Below, piece by piece: positions 26,820 through 41,217 of a DNA stretch of 64,000 bases. The stretch's first letter is position 1. Each line of letters opens with the position of its first letter. The translations under genes were made by a program, and so were the position numbers. Source of the DNA: Octopus vulgaris. Its lineage: Eukaryota. The notes beneath the pieces were generated by a model that ran no database searches, was not told the DNA's origin, and was given only the letters and a program-made list of their open reading frames with translations. The stretch spans positions 46,438,001-46,502,000 of the forward strand of contig OX597814.1 in the NCBI GenBank assembly GCA_951406725.2, given 5' to 3'.

Positions 26820-27210
26820 GGCGCAGGAGTGGCTGTGTGTTAAGTAGCTTGTTTGCCAACCACATGGTTCCGGGTTCAGTCCCACTGCGTGGCACCTTGG
26901 GCAAGTGTCTTCTACTATAGCCTCGGGCCGACCAAAGCCTTGTGAGTGGATTTGGTAGACGGAAACTGAAAGAAGCCCGTCGTATAAATGCATATATATA
27001 TATTTGCGCGTGTGTCTGTGTTTGTCCCCCTAGCATTGCTTAACAACCGATGCTGGTGTGTTTACGTCCCCGTTACTTAGCGGTTCGGCAAAAGAGACCG
27101 ATAGAATAAGTACTAGGCTTACAAAGAATAAGTCCCAAGGTCAAGTTGCTCGATTAAAGGCGGTGCTCCAGCATGGCCACAGTCAAATGACTGAAACAAG
27201 TAAAAGAGTA
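26820..27210 (+). mobile_element. Young full-length family A SINE
   Basis: Complete head-to-tail copy with CpGs largely intact. Confidence 0.93.
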
Positions 27211-27239
27211 TACATACATGTTCAAAATGCACTGGGTAG

Positions 27240-28960
27240 TCACTTACAACCAGCACCACACATGTATCCTGTTGGTGTGTGTTAAGTTTCATTTTAGTAT
27301 GGAGGAATTTGTTTTAGCTAATGTGTCTAGTTGCATTTATAGTTAGTGTTAATGGTGTGTATGTGTCTGGTGAGTGTAACTCTATGGTGTTAATCTCGCG
27401 TTTACTTGTACACGTGTGTAAATATATATGGAATATCAAGTCAATTTATAATTGCATGTGTGTGTATTTGTGCAGGCTGGTTGTTAAACAAGATGGATGT
27501 AAGAAAGAATGAAGTAGAAGAGTGTAAGGGATGAGGCAGTTGAAGTTTTATGAAGCTACCTGTGACAGGGGTATATTACAGCCCACAGATTTCTGCACTT
27601 TTTGTTCCTTTGTCTGTGTGTGTGTGTGTGTATGTCTTGGAGGTGGTGATTAGTGTATGCTGTGCAGTGTATGTGTGCATTCTACTGTGTTTACATTAGT
27701 ATGTGTTGGTTTATTGTGTATGTATGTGTGAATATGGTTAATATAAAGTAAGTATTTCTACATAATTTGCCATGCACATACTGATATGCACACATATGTG
27801 ATTGTTTGTATATGTGTGTGTGCGTGTGTGTGCATGTGTTGAATATGTGTAGAGCTTGTCTTATTAACATTAGTGTATACATTGTTACATCAGACTTAGT
27901 GTGTGTATGCAAGCTGGTATTGTTAATTGTAATACACATATTTATAGGTAGCTTAGTTTGAATGTGTTTCTGTTCATATACATTTGTGTGTGTATTGTAT
28001 GTGTAGCATCTTATATTGGTGTTAGAGGATATGCTGAATTGAAGCATGCATGTACATTGCGTTAATATGGGTTTGTGGATGTATTTTTGAAACTTTTCTT
28101 ATGCATATATATTTGCATGCATATGTGTGCATGTGAACATATATACTGTATGTGCACATTTGCAATCGTGTGAGTGTGTGTGACCTGAGGCTTATAGTAT
28201 TAGCTATAGTATTTACTTTTGTGTGTGTATGTGTATGTGTGCATGCATGCGTTGGTATGGCAGTGTGTGGACTGGGTTACTATCTATGTATGTGTTTGTT
28301 TTTATATGTGTGTGTCCTTTGTCGTTGGTTGGTGCAAAGGCAGTATTCTATTGAAGTGGGTGTGTGAGTATTTGGTCATTTTTTTTTTTTTGCATTTGTA
28401 CCTGGCATATGTATTTATTGTATACACATGTGCTTTGGCTATCTATGTACAGTTAAGCAAGTTTGTGTATGTGTGTGTGTGTGTGTGTATGACTATAGCA
28501 GAGCTGTTTGTGTAAGTTTTTATAAATATTTGCAGTGCTGTATCATTGTGTCAATAGATGGGTGTATGGATATTTTTGTTTGTTAGGGGTTGGGGCAACA
28601 CAGGTTAATCAGCTTATGTGTATCTAGGGGTAGAGTGGTGTGCATCAGTAGTGTGTTGTAGTAGTGTGTGTCTATTGTGTGTTATGGTATATGGATGAGG
28701 TTAAATTGTAGCTTACATGCCTAGGTCTAGTCACTTAGTAATTGAGGTCACTCTTGAGTGTTTAATGCTGATAGGTGGTGAATAATTTGGACTTTTTTTA
28801 TTGAATAGTGGTTCTTGGACAAATAAGATATGTATGGATATTTTATAACTGTGCATGAATTATGGGGCTTAAAGTTATTAGGATGTGATTAGGCTTTTGG
28901 AAATAATGCTCTATCGAAGCACATATGGGGTGTGGGTGTTCATAGAGTTGCCAGGTGTAG
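27240..28960. repeat. Degenerate GT-rich low-complexity tract
   Basis: About 1.7 kb of eroded (GT)n/(GTAT)n; gives CVCV/HTHT pseudo-ORFs. A complementary CA-rich tract lies at ~19760-20300. Confidence 0.7.
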
Positions 28961-29321
28961 CTGGCAACTAGGAGTAAATGCTTGTGGACATTTCTACTGT
29001 GTTTGACCGCCTTGTCTTTAATGATTGTAGAGAAGAGACGAGAGACATTTTATTAAGGAACTGTAATGAAGAACTAGAAAAACGTGAATTCTAATGTATG
29101 AAAAGTTATTAATGTTGGTTTTGTTGTATAAATAATACCTTCTACAATGTGTTTTATTCCTAAAATTACACTGATAAATCTCTGTCTTTTAAAACAAAAG
29201 TGTTGGGTTAAAGATAGAGATTAATTTAGGTTTTATTCAAAAGCCGCTTCTTACACAGAAAACATAATCTCATTATTTATCAGTAATAAGTATTTTCATT
29301 TGTTACTACTATTTAGTGTAA

Positions 29322-29515
29322 CCCTTTTGATACCAACCCATCTGACGCCTCTGGTTTTATGATATAAATTTCTTGCTTAAATTAAAATCTTCCACAAAAA
29401 ATTTCATGTTGGTTTATGTTCCAAACACCAGCTTAACAATGACATAGTTATCTCTCTAAACTCTCTATTATTTTCAAAATCAATCAAAACATAGTGTATT
29501 TTAACAAAAATATTG
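29322..29515. mobile_element. Truncated piggyBac-like MITE of a different family
   Basis: Begins TAACCCTTTTGATACCAACC; no clear matching right end. Confidence 0.35.
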
Positions 29516-32500
29516 TTGATGAACGTCGAAAAATGTCAAAGCTGTTCACTATTAATAATATTTTAGCACTAGTAACATCGTCTTAGGTAAGTCAATTGTT
29601 TTTATTGCTGCAAAATTATTTCTTTTGGCAACTGTATGAAAATTACATGCTTATATCATTGCATTTTAACTAGAAGCAAGGTATGTTAAAAACACAGAAG
29701 TAGAGCTTGAGGTAATCAGCTTGGACCACAATTTGCAAAGATGGCCTGCTAGTGGAATAAATAAAGTTTAATAAAGGAAAGAAAAAATTTTCATAAAATA
29801 CTGAAGAAATGCACACATTTTGATGGAACCTTGGAAAAATGGATGCAGGATCATAGGAAAGAAATTACTACAAAACTGATAGTTTCAGAAGCAAGATAAC
29901 TGGTAGGGTAACACTGATAGAAGCTTAATATTTTCATTTTATGTAATAAAATGGGTTAAATTTGTAGATAACTAACCTGACTTGAAAAATTTATGTTGAA
30001 TTAGAACTGAAAAATAGTTGCTTAAGATGTTGAATCAGAGCTATCTTTTCTTAGAATTGCGTTTCTAAAATTTTGTTGCATTTTCCTCTTGAAAATCAAT
30101 GTTCAAACTGTTCTTGAAAATTTTTAAAATACAATTTTAAACTGGTATCCATATTGTTGTTTATTTAAATGTCCACATTTGTATACATTTGTTTGATTGA
30201 TACATAGAATTCTTTCCTATGGGAAATATTTGAGATAAGTTATGTCAATTCAGCTAATTATTTTGTATTATCTTTTAAACATAATAGAGCATATTTAGGA
30301 AAAATATCTAGACTGTTGCCATTAATGTACATATTGTATAAACATGTTATAGGGTCAGATTTTAATATTGTTTGATATGATGATGGTGATGATGATGGGA
30401 AGAAAAATGGCAGAAGCCAAACAGTATTTAGTTTCGTCACTTAGTTGAAATCCTAACAGGATTGATTTTCCTATTCTTCACGTTGGAGTTGATAAATCGA
30501 AGTAGTAAGCGTGCAGTTCATGTTATTGCCTCTCCAGGTGGTCAGTGCTCAAATCAGTTTCTTGAAGCGAAATGGTATATGTTCTACACTAGCTTGCAAT
30601 AAGGTTTTATATTCACTGCTCATCCATCTTTCTCCCCCCCCCCATATTATATCACCTTTCAGTTTATACTTTATCTCTTGCATAGACAAGGAATCCTTTT
30701 GTTATCTGTTATTCTGTCTGTCTCTCCCACCATGACTACAATGGCCTCTGAACTAGACCCCTACCTCCATTATCTATCTGGCCTGCTTCACACACTTGCC
30801 ACTTCTTGTCTTAACACACTCCCATTGTGTTTCACCTTATAAATTACAACCACCACCACCACCACCAACAACAACTAAATATTTTGCCTAATCCTCCTCC
30901 TGAGCATCTATCTGGATTTACCTTCCTGCCCACATCTTTCTTGTAGATGTTGACCTGCAGATGTTCAAACTGAACATTCAACCCACATCAATCTCACTAG
31001 TCTGGGAGGTTATGCAAAGGTCATATGTACTTCCCCTCTTCCTCTGATTAACTTATACAAAAGAAATCCATGAAATTATTGGCCTGTGCTGATAAAATGT
31101 TAGCTTTTCCACTGATATTTCTGTTTCAGTCATTTGACATTTAACAGACTTAAATGTTACATCTGAAAAAAAGTATTAGCTTACACATTGTAAGAAAAAA
31201 ATTCAATGACGGAGATGGTTGACACCTCTCACTTGCATTGTGTTATAATTTTACAGGAAAAAAACTTAGATTTGTATTTATTTTTTAACTGAAAAAAGAA
31301 GTTAAGGAAATAAACATGCTATTAGGAATCAGATACAAGCAAAACAAAATAACCAGTTTTTGACAGTGCTATGGTACTGACAGAACATTTTTATAAACAG
31401 CATTCAAATTGGATCTAAGTTAATGAGGACTATATTTTAACTTTAGATATATGTTTGTTGTTTATGCATTAACCTGAACTTTATTACTTATTTAATGATC
31501 CTATATTTTGGTAACTGCTGCCATATTTGGCTAGATGTCAAGGATGCACCAAAGATGTTGGGGCAGTCATTTCCTCGGTCCAGTGTAACTAGATGAAGTT
31601 GGATAGGGAGGTGGAATTTTCTTTTTCCCTTTAAAATATTGGTTGTTATATCTATATAGTGTCTCACATAATGCAATTGGCTGGTGTGAGGATGGCTCTT
31701 AGAGTACAGCCTCTGAGAGATAGAATCCTCCTAATGTGCAGTTAATAGAATTTCAACACAGATTATGGTATGGAGACTGATAGTGCATGTTTGTGGTTGA
31801 ACAAAATTGTTAGAACATAGGACAAAATACCTTGTAATATTTCTGGCATTTTGTATTTTGCATTCAATTTCTACCTATGAATTAAAATCCTGTAACCATG
31901 TAATTACTCCTCAAACACTGGAGAAGCATCAAAGTCGACTAATAACAGATTACAGCAGTGCCATTTCTCTTCAGACCTTTAATACAGTCATGTCATGGAT
32001 GCAGGAGCTCTAAAGACCAAGCATTGTAGTGATCAAATTTGTAACTCTTTCTCCACACTAACCAAACCCACTAGCAAACAGATCAAGATTTTCAGAAATC
32101 ATGGAAATATCCCAGATGAGGAAATGCTACTGTTGCTGGCAACTTCTTCAACCAAATGTGTTATTTTACTACAGGGTTGTAATGTAAACCATCTGTTCCT
32201 GCTATTATAAAAACTTTTGACTACAATAAGATTGTTTTTGTTCTACTAAATATATTTCCAAATAATTCAAAATTAATTTTTACTTAATATCTAGTGTATT
32301 ATTTTGCACTAAGCTATCACATTTGTACAGACTCTTTATTTTATATGAATTAATCAATATTGATATGAGAATAAAGACACATTATAATATGAGTTGATGC
32401 CTCAACTAGTTCATTCAAACTGCTGAAATATTTTTTTGTAACACGAATATTAGAATTTGACATGAATTAGAATATAGATAGGCTTCAGTGTGACTACCTT

Positions 32501-33378
32501 TTTATTCCACTGGTGCATTAATGAATAATTTCCTAACCAGTTGAACAGCTCTCTTTTCTATCTAGTTAAACAACTTCCTCAAGATGAGAAACTGTTTGAT
32601 TTTGAATTAATCTTAGTGAAAAATTTTACTAGAGAATTTGTGCCACCTATTTATTTCTGCATGGCCATATGATTAAAGATTTAATTTTATAATGAGATAT
32701 GATTCATAATAGATGTATGTATCATACTTTCAAGTTATTTTTTAAATCTTTATTGTTTTAATCATTGTACCAATAATCATTAATTTTGCTGTACAAAAAG
32801 ATAGCATTGTGGCTTTCTGGGTAAATATATTCTTATTTTATAACATCAAAATTTATAGAGATTTCATAATTATCTTTTCCAACCATCTAATAAGAATTCG
32901 ATTCTGTTTGTCTCATGATAACACCATCAATTCAGTCTAATTACCTTAACAGTAATGTGTTCTTGTTTTTTTGTTGTTGTTGTTGTTGGGTTTTTTTGGG
33001 GGGTTTTTTTTGTAGTGGTGGTGTGAGGCTTGTTTTCAGTATCAAGAACATCTCATACAATCTTTCTGATAACACTGTCCAGAAAGATAGGTTATTTGTT
33101 GGTTTAATTAAGGTGGGAGAACTCGTGGCCTCTAGGCCCTGAATTGCTACCTAATGGAAGAAATTTAAATTTTGTATGAAATACATTTTTCTTGATCACA
33201 CTGCATTACATTTATTCTAATGTTCTTAAATTGTCGCAAAAATATTTACATTAACAAATTTACATTTTTATTTCTTATGTTGATATTTATAATTACATTT
33301 TTGCAATAAATGTAATTTTACATTTTTACAATTTAAGTTAAACATACTGTAAATTCACAGTAACTTTCAAAATCTAAT

Positions 33379-33436
33379 TTGCATTCATTGTGATTTCCAT
33401 CTTCAACTTGCATTCATTGTGATTTCCATCTTCAAC
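33379..33436. repeat. Perfect 29-bp tandem duplication
   Basis: TTGCATTCATTGTGATTTCCATCTTCAAC x2. Confidence 0.92.
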
Positions 33437-33869
33437 TTTGTTCAGTTCTTTGTCATTTCCAGTCTACATTAAAATAACATACAGATGAGTTTTCATTATT
33501 TTTGCATTGCTGTTATTAGTTTTTGCTCTTGTTATTGTTTATTTATCATAGGTATTTTGTATTTGTATGCAATTAAGTATTGTTTTTTTGTGTTGTTGTT
33601 ATTGTTGTTCATGTGTGTGTGTAGTGGGTATAGGAATGTGATGCATATGGATTACAAGAGTTGCATAAAAAGTGCTGAGTGCTCAAAGTGGATGGTGCCT
33701 GTGAGAGAGGAAGACCAAGAAAGACATAGGGTGAAGCTGTGAAAACTGATCTGAAGGTGCTGAACCTCACAAAAGAGATGACAAGTAACTGTGATAATTG
33801 GTATACTGTACTGGAGAAAACTTGCACTTTTGGGCAAGTATTACAGAGATAATGCTATTGATGGCTGGG

Positions 33870-34620
33870 ATATTCTTGTTGCCTTCACACATTGTTCTCC
33901 CCTGTCTCTCTTTTACTCTTTTCTCTTTCGCATCCCTGCCTTAGGATGTTTTCAGTGCATTCATCCTCAACTCTCTACTCACCTTTATTGTACCCTCCTC
34001 CCTTTTCTATCTAGGCTTCTTTTTTTTAATTTTTACTCATTGATCTCCCTGCATTTACCTACTGTTCCACTCTGCTCTTACTGTCTTTTCTACACAGCCT
34101 GCCTGGGGTGTTTTCTTTCCCTCATTACTTTTGCTGCATTCACTCACTGCTCTCCCGCCCTCTGCCTCTCCTTTTTCCATTGTCCTAACCCCATACCATC
34201 ATTTCAACATGCATCTCTCCTCGAGCCAACTTCTATGACCCCCCCCCCATCCCCACCACTGACCGCCGCTCATAACACTCCCTCACTAATCCTTGAATTC
34301 TCATCTTCCCTTTCATGTTACCTTCTCATCTCACTTTCTGCTCATACTTGCCCATGTTATGTGGTATAACACTATATCACCTCTACACAACCCAACTCAT
34401 CACCCTTACTAAGCTCTCTCTCTCTCTCTCTCACTAATCTGGACACTAATCCCTTCCTTCTTTCCCCTATCCTTTTCATACTTTCTCCTCCAACAGTGTC
34501 TACTCTGTTTTTTCCTCCATTAACACCCTATCACAACTGTAAGTCTGCATCTCATCATACCTAACTCCCTCTCTCATCACCTTGCCTAACATCATCACTT
34601 TCTCCTATTTCTCTTTCAGT
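33870..34620. repeat. Pyrimidine (CT)-rich low-complexity tract
   Basis: Compositional. Mirror-composition GA-rich tracts lie at ~18870-19600 and ~51100-51280. Confidence 0.55.
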
Positions 34621-34857
34621 TAAGGGACCCTCTAGACTTTAGTCTTACAAATTGCTAAGGCAATTACTCTAATGCTGGTGCCATAAAATAAAGCACCCAG
34701 TACACTTTGTAAAGTGGTTGGCATTAGAAATGGAATCCAGTGTAGAAATCATACTGTATCTGAAATATTGGAGAAGGATACTGTCCATCATCATTGATTC
34801 AGTTGTATCATGCAAGCCATGTCAGGGTAGAAATATGCATAAAAGGATAAGGATTAA

Positions 34858-35024
34858 GGTGTGGATATGTGGTAAGAAGTTTACTTTTTGACCACATAGC
34901 TCCAGGTTCAATCCCACTGCATGGCACCTCGGGCAAGTGTCTTCTACTATAGCTTCAGGCCAACAAAAGCCTTGTGAGTGGATTTGGTAGATGGAAACTG
35001 AAAGAAACCTGCCATGTATGTATG

Positions 35025-35059
<35 letters not shown>

Positions 35060-35171
35060 TCATCATCATCATCATTTAACACGCGCTTTCCATGCTGGCA
35101 TGGCTTGGACGATTTGACTGAGGACTGGCAAACCAGATGGCTGCACCAGGCTCCAATCTGATCCTGGTGCA

Positions 35172-35214
<43 letters not shown>

Positions 35215-35414
35215 TCTCTCTTTACTCTTTTACTTGTTTCAGTCATTTGAATGTGGCCATGCTGGAGCACCGCCTTTAGTTGAGCAAATCGACCCCAGGA
35301 CTTATTCTTTGTAAGCCTAGTACTTATTCTATTGGTCTCTTTTGCTGAACCACTAAGTTATGGGGATGTAAACACCAGCATGTTGGTGGAGGACAAACAC
35401 AGACACACAAACAT

Positions 35415-35461
<47 letters not shown>

Positions 35462-35625
35462 CAATATGCTATAGGTATTTGTATATATGAATTTTGTTGG
35501 GGAGGACAAACATACACACACAAGCAATGTTGGGGAGGACAAACACAGACACACAAACATACACACACACACACATATATATATATATACACAATATGCT
35601 ATAGGTATTTGTATATATGAATTTT
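34858..35625. mobile_element. Nested cluster: SINE 5' half (+), RTE tail (-), SINE 3' half (-), and a ~120-bp local tandem duplication
   Basis: Pieces are joined through TA tracts. GGAGGACAAACACAGACACAC...CAATATGCTATAGGTATTTGTATATATGAATTTT occurs twice (~35388-35495 and ~35535-35625). Confidence 0.8.
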
Positions 35626-36435
35626 TTTTTTGTGATTAGCAATTATTGATTTGAAATTGTTGAGTGTGTTCTAGTGTATATGATTTTTTCTAAATCATTC
35701 ACTATGAGCAGGTGTCATTCTGTTACCTTCTTTTCTCAACTAATGTTTATTATGTTCATAAATTACACATTAGTAAATCTAATCAATATATGTATAAGAT
35801 GTTATGTGTCATCTATATACATTTAATACACTGTACACACACATAGGTGCAGGAGTGGCTGTGTGGTAAGAAGCTTGCTTCCCAACCACACAGCAGGTGT
35901 TGAGACAGTCCAGGTGGGTACTGGTGCCTAAGGGGGCAGTAGAAAAAAAAAGGAGGCAGTGGATTGGGGGATGCTATGAATTTATGATATTATTATAGTA
36001 TTGTATACAAATTATGTAATATTATATTATATATCAAATGATTCGTAGTATATATAAATTATTTAAATATAAAATATTTATTTATACATAAAATAGGGGT
36101 GGGGGTGCTGAGGAGATTATGTGGCTATGAGGGTATTATGTGGCTAGTTGATTTACTTACTACATAGCATGCATGTTTGCTTGCTTTAAGCAGAAAACAA
36201 TTGAAATTATAGATTGAAAATTCAAGGTGTATTAATCCCTCCTTATATATTTGTTCAAGAAATATTGTTCTCCAGGAACTTTTGCAGTAAATGTGAATAA
36301 TAATACTAATTATGTACATTTGTGGCTTTTGCACTGAATGTGTCAAATATGTTGTAAATGTGCATTTTTTTTTATGAAGTAAACCTTCTGTTCCTTGAAA
36401 TCTTAGAAAATAGATGTAACCTGTTTGTAAGATCA

Positions 36436-36660
36436 TACTCTTTTACTTGTTTCAGTCATTTGACTGCGGCCATGCTGGAGCACCGCCTTTAGTCGAGCAA
36501 ATCGACCCCTGGTCTTATTCTTTGTAAGCCCAGTACTTATTCTATCGGTCTCTTTTGCTGAACCGCTAAGTGATGGGGACATAAACACACCAGCATCGGT
36601 TGTCAAGCAATGCTAGTGGGACAAACACAGACACACAAACATACACATATACCTATATAT
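36436..36660 (-). mobile_element. Family A SINE 3' half
   Basis: High identity to 48195-48420. Confidence 0.88.
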
Positions 36661-37379
36661 AGATATATACATCCAGCCATAGAAACCATGCCAGAACAGA
36701 AAATGGAACCTGGTGTGACCCTTGACCATACCAGCTCTGGTCAAACCATCCGACCCATATCAACATGGAAAGCAGACATTAAATGATGATGATGATGATG
36801 ATGTACTACATTTGTGAAATTAGGTAGAGCATTTATTGAAGAAAATAACTTAATGTAGAATAATGAGCGAATCATTGACAACAACATATTGTGCTTATTG
36901 AAAGTAATCAAGTCTGTATAATATTTGGGGAGTGATACATATAATTTTCTTATTTTCCTGTTATTGTCACAGCTTTATTTACATACCATTAGCAATTTTT
37001 ATCATGTACATTTTTTTTCAACAATATATCTTTTTCAATGCTCTAAAGATTCTGCTAGCTAACTGCCTTTAATAATGATAATTTTTTCTTTATTATCCAC
37101 AAGGATTTGAAGAGATAAACAAAATACAAAACTATACATATGCACACATATATTTGCATGCAAATAAATACAAAATGGATACAAAAAGCACTGTAATTAT
37201 AACAAGATATGATTAAAAGGAACTAAATCTGAAAGATTACAGGCTATGTAGAATTCTGGCACTCCATGACCCTGTTCATTTAACTAGTTCTTTAACTCTG
37301 CACAAGTATGCATTTTTTTGAGACATTTGGTGTTGAAAAATGTCAACATTTTCAAAGTATTGGACTGCACTTAAATGTT

Positions 37380-38020
37380 AAGAAAACCGAATACGTCTTT
37401 CAACCAATCAAATGATGCTGAACTGTTTGTTTTGAGCAGTTACAAACTGAATGTTGTTGAAAACTTCAAGTACTTAGGTGATTGGGTGAACAGTTCTGAA
37501 GCAGACATCAAGATCAATAAGGCACAAGCATGGACAGCCATTCACAAACTAAATAAGGTCTGGAACTCCAAATTGCCCAGGTGAATCAAAATCAAGTTGT
37601 TCATTGCAACTGTAGAATCAGTGCTATTATATGGTAGTGAAATATAGATACTGACAAAAAATTATCAAACTGGCTAGATGGCTGCTACACAAGAATGCTA
37701 TAAATGGCCCTAAATGTGAAATGGCAGCAACACATGACAAATGAATGCCTTTATGGAGATCTGCCAAAAGTTAGTGAAAAGACCAGGCAAAGACAGCTAT
37801 GACTGTCTGGTCACTGCATGTGCCACCCTGAACTGGAAGCATCCAAATTAGTCTCGTGGAACCCACTTCATAGTGACATAAGAAGAGGAAAATATCATCA
37901 TACCTACATTAACAACTTCATTGAAGAAACTGGCCTGGAGTGTATCCAGGACCTCAAGGTTGTGATGTTGGACCGAGAAATGTAGCAGGTGAACTTTGTT
38001 GCTGTAGTCCAGGTTGGAAA
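37380..38020 (+). mobile_element. Decayed RTE-clade LINE 3' fragment (second family)
   Basis: LNVVENFKYLG...AQAWTAIHKLNKVWNSKLPR*IKIKLFIATVESVLLYGSE...LDGCYTRML...LYGDLPKVSEK..GHC. Confidence 0.88.
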
Positions 38021-39444
38021 CTGGCCGTAATAATAAATTTTCAGAGTATTCTGTTTCAAGTTCAGTGTAATGTCTTACTTCTAATTTTACTAAAAATCTA
38101 TCTTCTTCATGTTTATATACTGAACTTAACTGTTTTTGTGTTATTCTGACTTCTTCAAAAAGTTCAGAAAGAAACCACTGCATCAGCACTGACTGTTTCA
38201 CCAGTCATTTATTAACATTGAGCAAATTCAAGCAGTTTTTATATCTTTCATACTAGCCTTTACTAATCAGAGAAAGTTTTTTCAGTAGAAGTTTTATCTT
38301 CCTTCTTCTGCAAATTATTTTACAGACTTTTTTTTTAAATGACAATTTTGATTGTCAGCACATTACATCACATCTTATCTTTGCTCCATACACTCAAAGT
38401 GCCATTCCATTTTAAGCATCATATTAATCTATGAAAAAATTTAAGACCAAACAATTAATGGAGTGGCCTCTTGAGCACTTGATTTTATTTCTTCTGTTTT
38501 CATGCATTGTTTCCACTAGATAGTACAAGCTTTAATGTTTTGGAAAACCTCTTAAAACATCACATCAAGGTTTTTACCACATTTAATATCCAGTGTAATC
38601 CCTTTATGGTTCCACTTCACTCTTGTGCTTTCAGTTCCACTTGCTGGCATTTTTTTTTTTGAGATATCTTAAATTGTAGGTAAATCCAAAGGTGGTGGTG
38701 ATCAACAACTATCCACAACAAATGTGTAGTATATGTAGTAAAAGGACTAGCACCATGTAAGAATTGGTTTGTGAGAGCAAAATACTGAATTTGGATGTAA
38801 GAAGTTAAATGAGAAACTGAAAGTGAGATTGAAGGAACTATATGATTACATTTAGTTGAATGTTGCCAAGTGCATGGGCACTTCACCCCTTGCATCTCTG
38901 TCTTAAACCATAAGAACTCCACTGTGTGCATACATACATTCATACACGCACACCATTGTGTTGACATACAACATATATAGCTACAGACATTGCTATTGTA
39001 CTGATACTTTTATTGTTGTTACCAGTTGGCGGGTTGGTGGTATTGGTTGTATTGATTTTTTTTTTGGTGATGGTAATGGTGGTAGCAGTGGTCAGTGTTC
39101 TTACTATTTGTGGTTGCTGATTAGCCTCAAATCAATTATCAACTGAATATCAAAGATATTTCATTCAACTTTTAAAATGCATGAGGATGCCACAATATCT
39201 CATGCCATTGTCTTTTATTTTAGACTGAGTTGATTATCTTATCCATACTACTATTACTGGTGTTGTTGGTAAAGGCAGTTTATTGTAATAGATTTGGTGT
39301 TGGTATTGACAAATAGTAGTGGTGATACACACACACACACATATAAAGAGAGAAAGAGAGAGACTCATTGTGACCTAAGAAAATATGTACTAGCACAAAT
39401 AATTACAGTGTAGAATTTGATTCTACATTACTTTGTGTGTATGT

Positions 39445-39580
<136 letters not shown>

Positions 39581-40253
39581 ATTGTGATTACATTTTTGCA
39601 AATTGTTAATTATACTTTGATCTTAGCTAAAACAAGGAACAGCCTTTTAGCTAAGGAGAAAGTATAGTTTTACATTGTTAAAAGTTTATCCATGTTACTT
39701 TAAAGATGGAATTATTGACCATATCCCAAAATTAGTAATCATATATGAAGAGGTATACCCAGGAAGGCATGGGACAAGGTGGTGAAGCCTGATCTTTGAC
39801 TGTCAGGTCTCAAGGAAATGATGACAAGTGATCATGACCTCTGGCAATTTGCTGTGCTCGAGAAGACTTGTCAAGCCAAGTGAAATTGTAGTTGTGGCTG
39901 GTGCTGGTGACACATAATGGCTTTCATGTTGGTGACACATAAAAGCACCCATGCTGGTACTCTTGGAGTTGTTGGCATTAGAAAGGGCATCCGGCCATAG
40001 AAACCAAGCCAAAGTCAGACTGGAACCTGGTATATATATATATATATATCATCATCAAGTTCCATTGTCTGCTTTGGCACGTTTTTTACAGCCGGATGCC
40101 CTCCCTAATACCAATCACTTTACAGCATGGACTGAGTGCTCCTTCATGTCTCCTGCAAGCTTGTTAAACACACAGCTATGCCTGTGCCTATATACATATA
40201 TATATGTGTGTGTGTGTGTGTATAGAGTGTTAGGTGTGGTGTACAGAAATTGA

Positions 40254-40462
40254 ATATTGAGAAAAATGTCATCAGAATTTTGAAAAAAAATCTTTTTTAT
40301 TTCATCATTATTATTAGCACTTTCGTTCGTTTTTCGAACTTGTCAAATAGAATTTGACACAAAATTCTATTTGACAAGTTCGAAAAACGAACGAAAGTGC
40401 TAATAATAATGATGAAATAAAAAATTTTTTTTTCCAAATTCTGATGACATTTTTCTCAATAT
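40254..40462. repeat. Near-perfect palindrome, ~102-bp arms, 6-nt loop
   Basis: ATATTGAGAAAAATGTCATCAGAATT...GTCAAATAGAATTT-GACACA-AAATTCTATTTGAC...AATTCTGATGACATTTTTCTCAATAT; abuts (TA)n. Confidence 0.95.
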
Positions 40463-40486
40463 ATATATATATATATATATATCAAA

Positions 40487-41217
40487 TTTTCAATATTCAT
40501 GTTGCAAACAAAACATGAGGTATGTATGAAATAGTATAAATATGAAAATATTCACTTGCAAAAACCTAAGTATATTTTTGTAGACTTTGATCACTAGAAT
40601 AGAAAACAGCTGTCGTAATATGTATATATATCAAAAGGACATGTTATAATACTATTCCATATCCACAAAAACAGCCATACCAACAGTCCAACATACCTCC
40701 ATCATCAGCTACCCCACGGATATCATTATGGTTTCGACACCTGGACAGTACCATTAAATCCAGTGGTGTCAACAGCACTAAAATAAGTGTTGTTTGGGAA
40801 CAAACACACCAAAGAAACCACAACTTTCAAATTACAATCTAGCACAAAAACATCTCAAAGGACATGATTCCATGAATGAATGTAGTTTCATTTTTTCTTT
40901 TCCATATATTTAAAAATATTTTTGAATATAGCCTTATTCATTTCAACCTTCAAATACAAAAGGCTTCCCTGTGTTACATTTGAATAAACATTCCCTTTTA
41001 ATCTGAAATATTCTGCAACCTTCTTGCTTTAAATATCTGTATTTTAAAGCAAACTTTTCAAACTCTGAAAAAAGAAAAAAACATAGTATGACAGCTGTTT
41101 TCTGTTCTAGTGATCGAAGACTACTTAAGTATACTTAGGTTTTTGCAAGTGAATATTTTCATATTTATACCACTTCATACATGCCTCGTGTTTTGTTTGC
41201 AACAGGAATGATGAAAA
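40487..41217. repeat. Inverted repeat with ~137-bp arms and ~455-bp spacer
   Basis: 40487-40623 is the reverse complement of 41081-41217 (e.g. GAAAATATTCACTTGCAAAAACCTAAGTATA / TATACTTAGGTTTTTGCAAGTGAATATTTTC). Confidence 0.88.

Noticed and set aside
26820-26890. tRNA gene at SINE heads
   Set aside because: Only A/B-box-like remnants followed by the SINE body; no complete cloverleaf.
33791-34369. 192-aa ORF
   Set aside because: Runs through an RTE fragment and a CT-rich low-complexity tract; no domain signature.
40441-40462. CTGATGA in the palindrome arms
   Set aside because: No downstream GAAA or stem III; not a hammerhead as it stands.
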